A DNA stretch of 64,000 bases, taken from positions 28,646,001 through 28,710,000 of the forward strand of contig NC_086109.1 of the NCBI RefSeq assembly GCF_963921235.1, in the 5' to 3' direction. Under the pieces are notes generated by a model that was given only the letters and a program-made list of their open reading frames with translations, had not been told where the DNA came from and searched no databases. The translations under genes and the position numbers were made by a program. Position 1 is the stretch's first letter; every line of letters starts with the position of its first letter. Origin of the DNA: Mobula hypostoma. Taxonomy: Eukaryota. Positions 60,325-64,000 of the stretch are shown here, one piece after another.

Positions 60325-61690
60325 TGTAACACCTGTGTAGCGCTTGTCTTACCTTGTGGTCGCCATACACTTTATAAGAAAATCAAATTACTTAGTACCA
60401 CACTAGGTGCTAGTAGGCCATCAGAAGCTCTAAATATCAGAAGGAAGCAGTGAATAGGAAACATGCACTTCTGGAAGTAATCTTGTTTATAAAAATAGCA
60501 ATATACACAAAATATTTACGAGTGAGAACAATTCAAAATTACAACATTCTGTTTAGATTCCAAATCTCAGATATCAAATAAGAACCAAATTCCTTTTTAG
60601 TTAGAATAGGTGACGGTCATTGGAATAACCTTTATTACTCCAATTTCTCTAACTAATTAGATCTAGTGTTATTCTATTTAAAGGTTTGCAGACTAACAAT
60701 TGCATGTCTACTTATCCCTAGTTAGTTAGAAAACTAGTTAAACTCCTATTCTGGTGAATGCAGCGGGCCAGGCAGCATCTCTAGGAAGAGGTACAGTCGA
60801 CATTTCAGGACGAAGGGTCTCGGCCTGAAACGTCGACTGTACCTCTTCCTAGAGATGCTGCCTGGCTTGCTGCGTTCACCAGCAACTTTGATGTGTGTTG
60901 CTTGAATTTCCAGCATCTGCAGAATACCTCGTGTAAACTCCTATTCTTAAGTATTATGGTTAACTTTAGTTTCAGTTCCAGTCAATATGACTACAAATTC
61001 AAATTCAACCTCAACAGTTATATATATAAAACAGCTCAACCCCTTTCATGACAATTCTCCAGCATCACAACTTTTAAGCAAAGTAAATCGCATTAAATAG
61101 CTCATCAAATTCTTTGGAAAAATAATTAGTTCTTGCAGAAAATCAAAATCCAACCGTACCAAATCCTCTACGTCATTAAACATTTCACTCCCATGCTGGG
61201 TCTTTGATCTTGGGTGGCTCGCCACCTTGCTTCTTGTTTCCTTGGAAATAGTTGATCATCCTCAGAAAGTCGATTCACAAACTTACAACAAAACAAAACC
61301 TGACCAAATCCTTTGGTATGATTTAACAGAACTAACTCCGGGTTACACGGTAGGAGTCATGGACACTTGTCTCTGACGATATTATCTCGTTATAGCTGTA
61401 GCTTCAATAAATCTTTATTGATACCGTTTCTCCTCTGGGGGTTTCACCCTGAAGTTTTCAAGTAAGTAGGGTAGAGATACTCACTATTAATTGTGTTATT
61501 AACAGTTTATATCTTTAGTTTCTAATAGCTTACTGCTTGTCCACACTTGCGTCAGCCATGCCTCATTCTCGCAAAGCTTTTTTTTCCCAAGCTCTCTTTT
61601 TTTTAAAAAAAATTGGTAAACCTTGTCTTCATCCCATTACAGGTGGCGCTTCTTATCATTACATCTTTGGATTTAATTAACTTGGTTACA
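60325..61690. mobile_element. LTR-like element (TGTAAC...GTTACA), probably a solo LTR
   Basis: 6-bp inverted termini; near-TSD TCGG (60321-60324) / TCTG (61691-61694); cleanly interrupts a CR1; noncoding. Confidence 0.78.
60753..60933 (+). mobile_element. 181-bp fold-back Penelope mini-element with 14-bp TSD
   Basis: TSD TAAACTCCTATTCT at 60739-60752 and 60934-60947. About 59-bp inverted arms (60751-60809 / 60824-60882) around the loop ACGAAGGGTCTCGG. Confidence 0.93.
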
Positions 61691-63107
61691 TCTGGGAGGC
61701 CACATCTGGATATTGCATTTAATTCCAATCACTCCATCATAGGAAGCATGTGGATGGTATGGAGAGGGTCCAGGAGACGTTTACCAGGTGCCCCGGACTA
61801 CAGAACATATGCAATAATGAGACAGGGGACAAACTAGTGCTTCTTTGTTTGAGGCAGCAGAGACTGAGGGAAAACCTGATGGAAATGTACAAGATTATTA
61901 GACACAGATAGAGTAGACAACTGGCATCTTATTCTAGGGTCAAAATGTATAATACTATAGGTCATATATTAAAGGTAAGAGGAGGAAGTTCAAAGGAGAT
62001 GCACAGGGCAAGGGCAAGGATTTTACACAGAAGGTAGTGGATACCTGTAAGGTACTGCCAGGTGTAGTGGTGAAGGCAAATAAGGTAGAGGAGCTTAAAC
62101 CTATGAATACACAGCAATGGAAGGAATATGAACCATGTGGAGGCAGAAGGAATTAGGTGTCATTAGGTGGATTATTTCAGCCAGACCTCATGGGCCAAAG
62201 GACCTGTTCCTTTGCTGCATATTTCCATGTTCGCTGAGTGAACGGCTAATCTCTTATTCTGAGAGATTGCGTCCTGGTGTTGGTTATTATTGAATTAATG
62301 CCAAGAAGTTTTCCATGAGATAAGCTAAACTGAGTGTACAAAAATGTATGCAAAACAATTCGCAGAAGAAACAGGAGGCAAAAATAGAAGGAAAAGGAGC
62401 TGTATCATTTTGAGTCAGCCTGAATAACACAATGAAATTCTGAACATTAAGATTCGGACAGCATCAGGTTGCAGATTTCCTCGAAATGTGAAAATTTCCA
62501 GTTTCCAGCATCAAACTTCCATTGCGTTATTAACAAACTAACCATCTGCAATATGTTGTACGTTATTATGCATGTGCTTCTTCCTTCTAACCTAGTAAAT
62601 AACCTAATCTTCAAAGCTTCACTTGAATGTAAATATTTTAAATGCGTTTGTTTTCTACGTTACTAGTAACTGGTATGTACCTTGGTCATGATTGAACAAT
62701 CTCCTCCTCTGTCAATGTTCATGACATTGACCATTTTGCTATACTTCTGTCTTAATCTTGATCTGTATTGCAGTGGCACAAATGATATATGTCCAATTTT
62801 TCATCATTCGCATTGGATTTAATAATGTATATTTGTCAAGAAAACTTCCACACGATAAAGAAATTGCTATTTTGAAATTGCTTCAGTTGACTACCTTGGA
62901 TTTAGATTTTCATGCTGAAATATGTGTCCTTTTCTCTAGCAGTTAAAAATTCTACCATTTCTTAATGGTGCGCCTGCAGTAGATGGCTACTGTTACATCT
63001 ATAGCAGCAATGTCCACCTATCTCATCTTGTGCTTTCAATTCTGCTTTGAAATGTTGGCCTTTGATATCCCTCCAAATACTGTATCAACTACCATTATAT
63101 CTGAAAT

Positions 63108-63222
63108 AAGAGAAAATCTACAGATGCTGGAAATCCAAGCAGCACACACAAAATGCTGGAGGAAGTCAGCAGACCAGGCAGCATCTATGGGAAAAAGTAC
63201 CGTTGACATTTCAGCAGGACTG
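63108..63222 (-). mobile_element. Penelope pseudo-LTR terminal fragment ending at an internally deleted hammerhead
   Basis: AAATCTACAGATGCTGGAAATC..CAGGCAGCATCTATGG..GTTGACATTTCAG-CAGGACTG (stem II missing). Confidence 0.82.
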
Positions 63223-63734
63223 ATCTATCTGTCCTTGCATTGGACAAGATCATTTAACATTCCTCCATGGCATCTACAATGGAGGAACTTTTCATATGCA
63301 ATCAAGTGTAGGACTTGCTGTTTACAACTTTGAGTAAATATGTGCATTCACTAAACTGCAGAAAAACTTACCACACAACATGTGATATATGAATGTCCCA
63401 AAGTGGTTGTGCTAAGGCATTTCTATCAATGAGAGAATATTGTCATGACCAATCTCACTTGACATCTGGTTCCGGGTTCTAGACTTGAAGCTCTACATGA
63501 CTCCTGATGATTCAGGATTGAAACAATTCTGTAGCTTATGAGCAACTTCAGAAAGTAAACCAAGTTTTATTATCAAAAGCATTTAAAGATTTGCTAACAT
63601 ACTACAGATTTCAGAACCCACTTCAGTTTCTTGAACTCCAGTGTAGTTCAGTTTTGTGTTTGCACATCCTCGTTGTCACCATCAATAGTCATTTTGTTGT
63701 TTGCGTTGTGTCGAAACTGAAAGTTTCACACACC

Positions 63735-63960
63735 CCGCGACCGCTTGTGTTTTCTCCAGGTGCTCCAGTTTCCTCACACATAACAAAGATGCATGGTTAG
63801 GGGTAGTGAGTTGTGGGCATGCTATGTTGCTGCTGGAAGTGTGGTGACATTTGCAGGGAGCTTAGCACAATCCTCGCTGTTTTGTTTTGACGCTGACAAC
63901 GCATTTCACTGTATGCTTCCATATACATGTGACAAATGAAGCTAATTTTAATATTTAATC
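63735..63960 (+). mobile_element. HE1/V-SINE-like 3' fragment
   Basis: GTTTTCTCCAGGTGCTCCAGTTTCCTCACACA..CAAAGATG (V-domain-like), tail GTGACAAATGAAGCTAAT. Confidence 0.65.
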
Positions 63961-64000
63961 TTTACAAGGCTTCCCATGTCATGAGTTTGACTATTGGCAA

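Larger units (their letters stand above)
60262..62230 (+). mobile_element. CR1 3' fragment split by an LTR-like insertion
   Basis: CAGCTTTATAAAACTC (QLYKTL) breaks at 60324 and resumes at 61691 with TCTGGGAGGCCACATCTGGA (RPHL), then ERVQETFTR and a CR1 3' UTR. Confidence 0.85.

Noticed and set aside
1..64000. CRISPR array, rRNA or prokaryotic operon
   Set aside because: No regularly spaced repeat-spacer units, rRNA signatures or dense ORFs; the sequence is vertebrate repeat-rich DNA.

Overview
Repeat-dense, AT-rich vertebrate genomic DNA with no recognisable intact host gene; it reads as intergenic DNA or a long intron. The repeat mix (CR1 and Rex1/Babar LINEs, GIY-YIG Penelope-like elements, HE1/V-type and Deu-type SINEs) suggests a cartilaginous fish, probably a ray or shark (inference). 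Nearly every ORF in the track is a broken transposon fragment or a chance frame. Well-supported insertions with target-site duplications (TSDs) include an L1, five Penelope-derived inserts, two CORE-like tRNA SINEs, a Harbinger MITE and an LTR-like element. The most interesting observations are: (1) minimal hammerhead-ribozyme motifs in the Penelope pseudo-LTRs, some with intact cores; (2) about 200-bp fold-back mini-elements with their own TSDs whose inversion points fall in or next to the ribozyme; (3) a candidate decayed tyrosine-recombinase gene at 2719-4520, split by a LINE. Family assignments come from motif recognition, not database searches. Boundaries not pinned by a TSD or terminal repeat are approximate.
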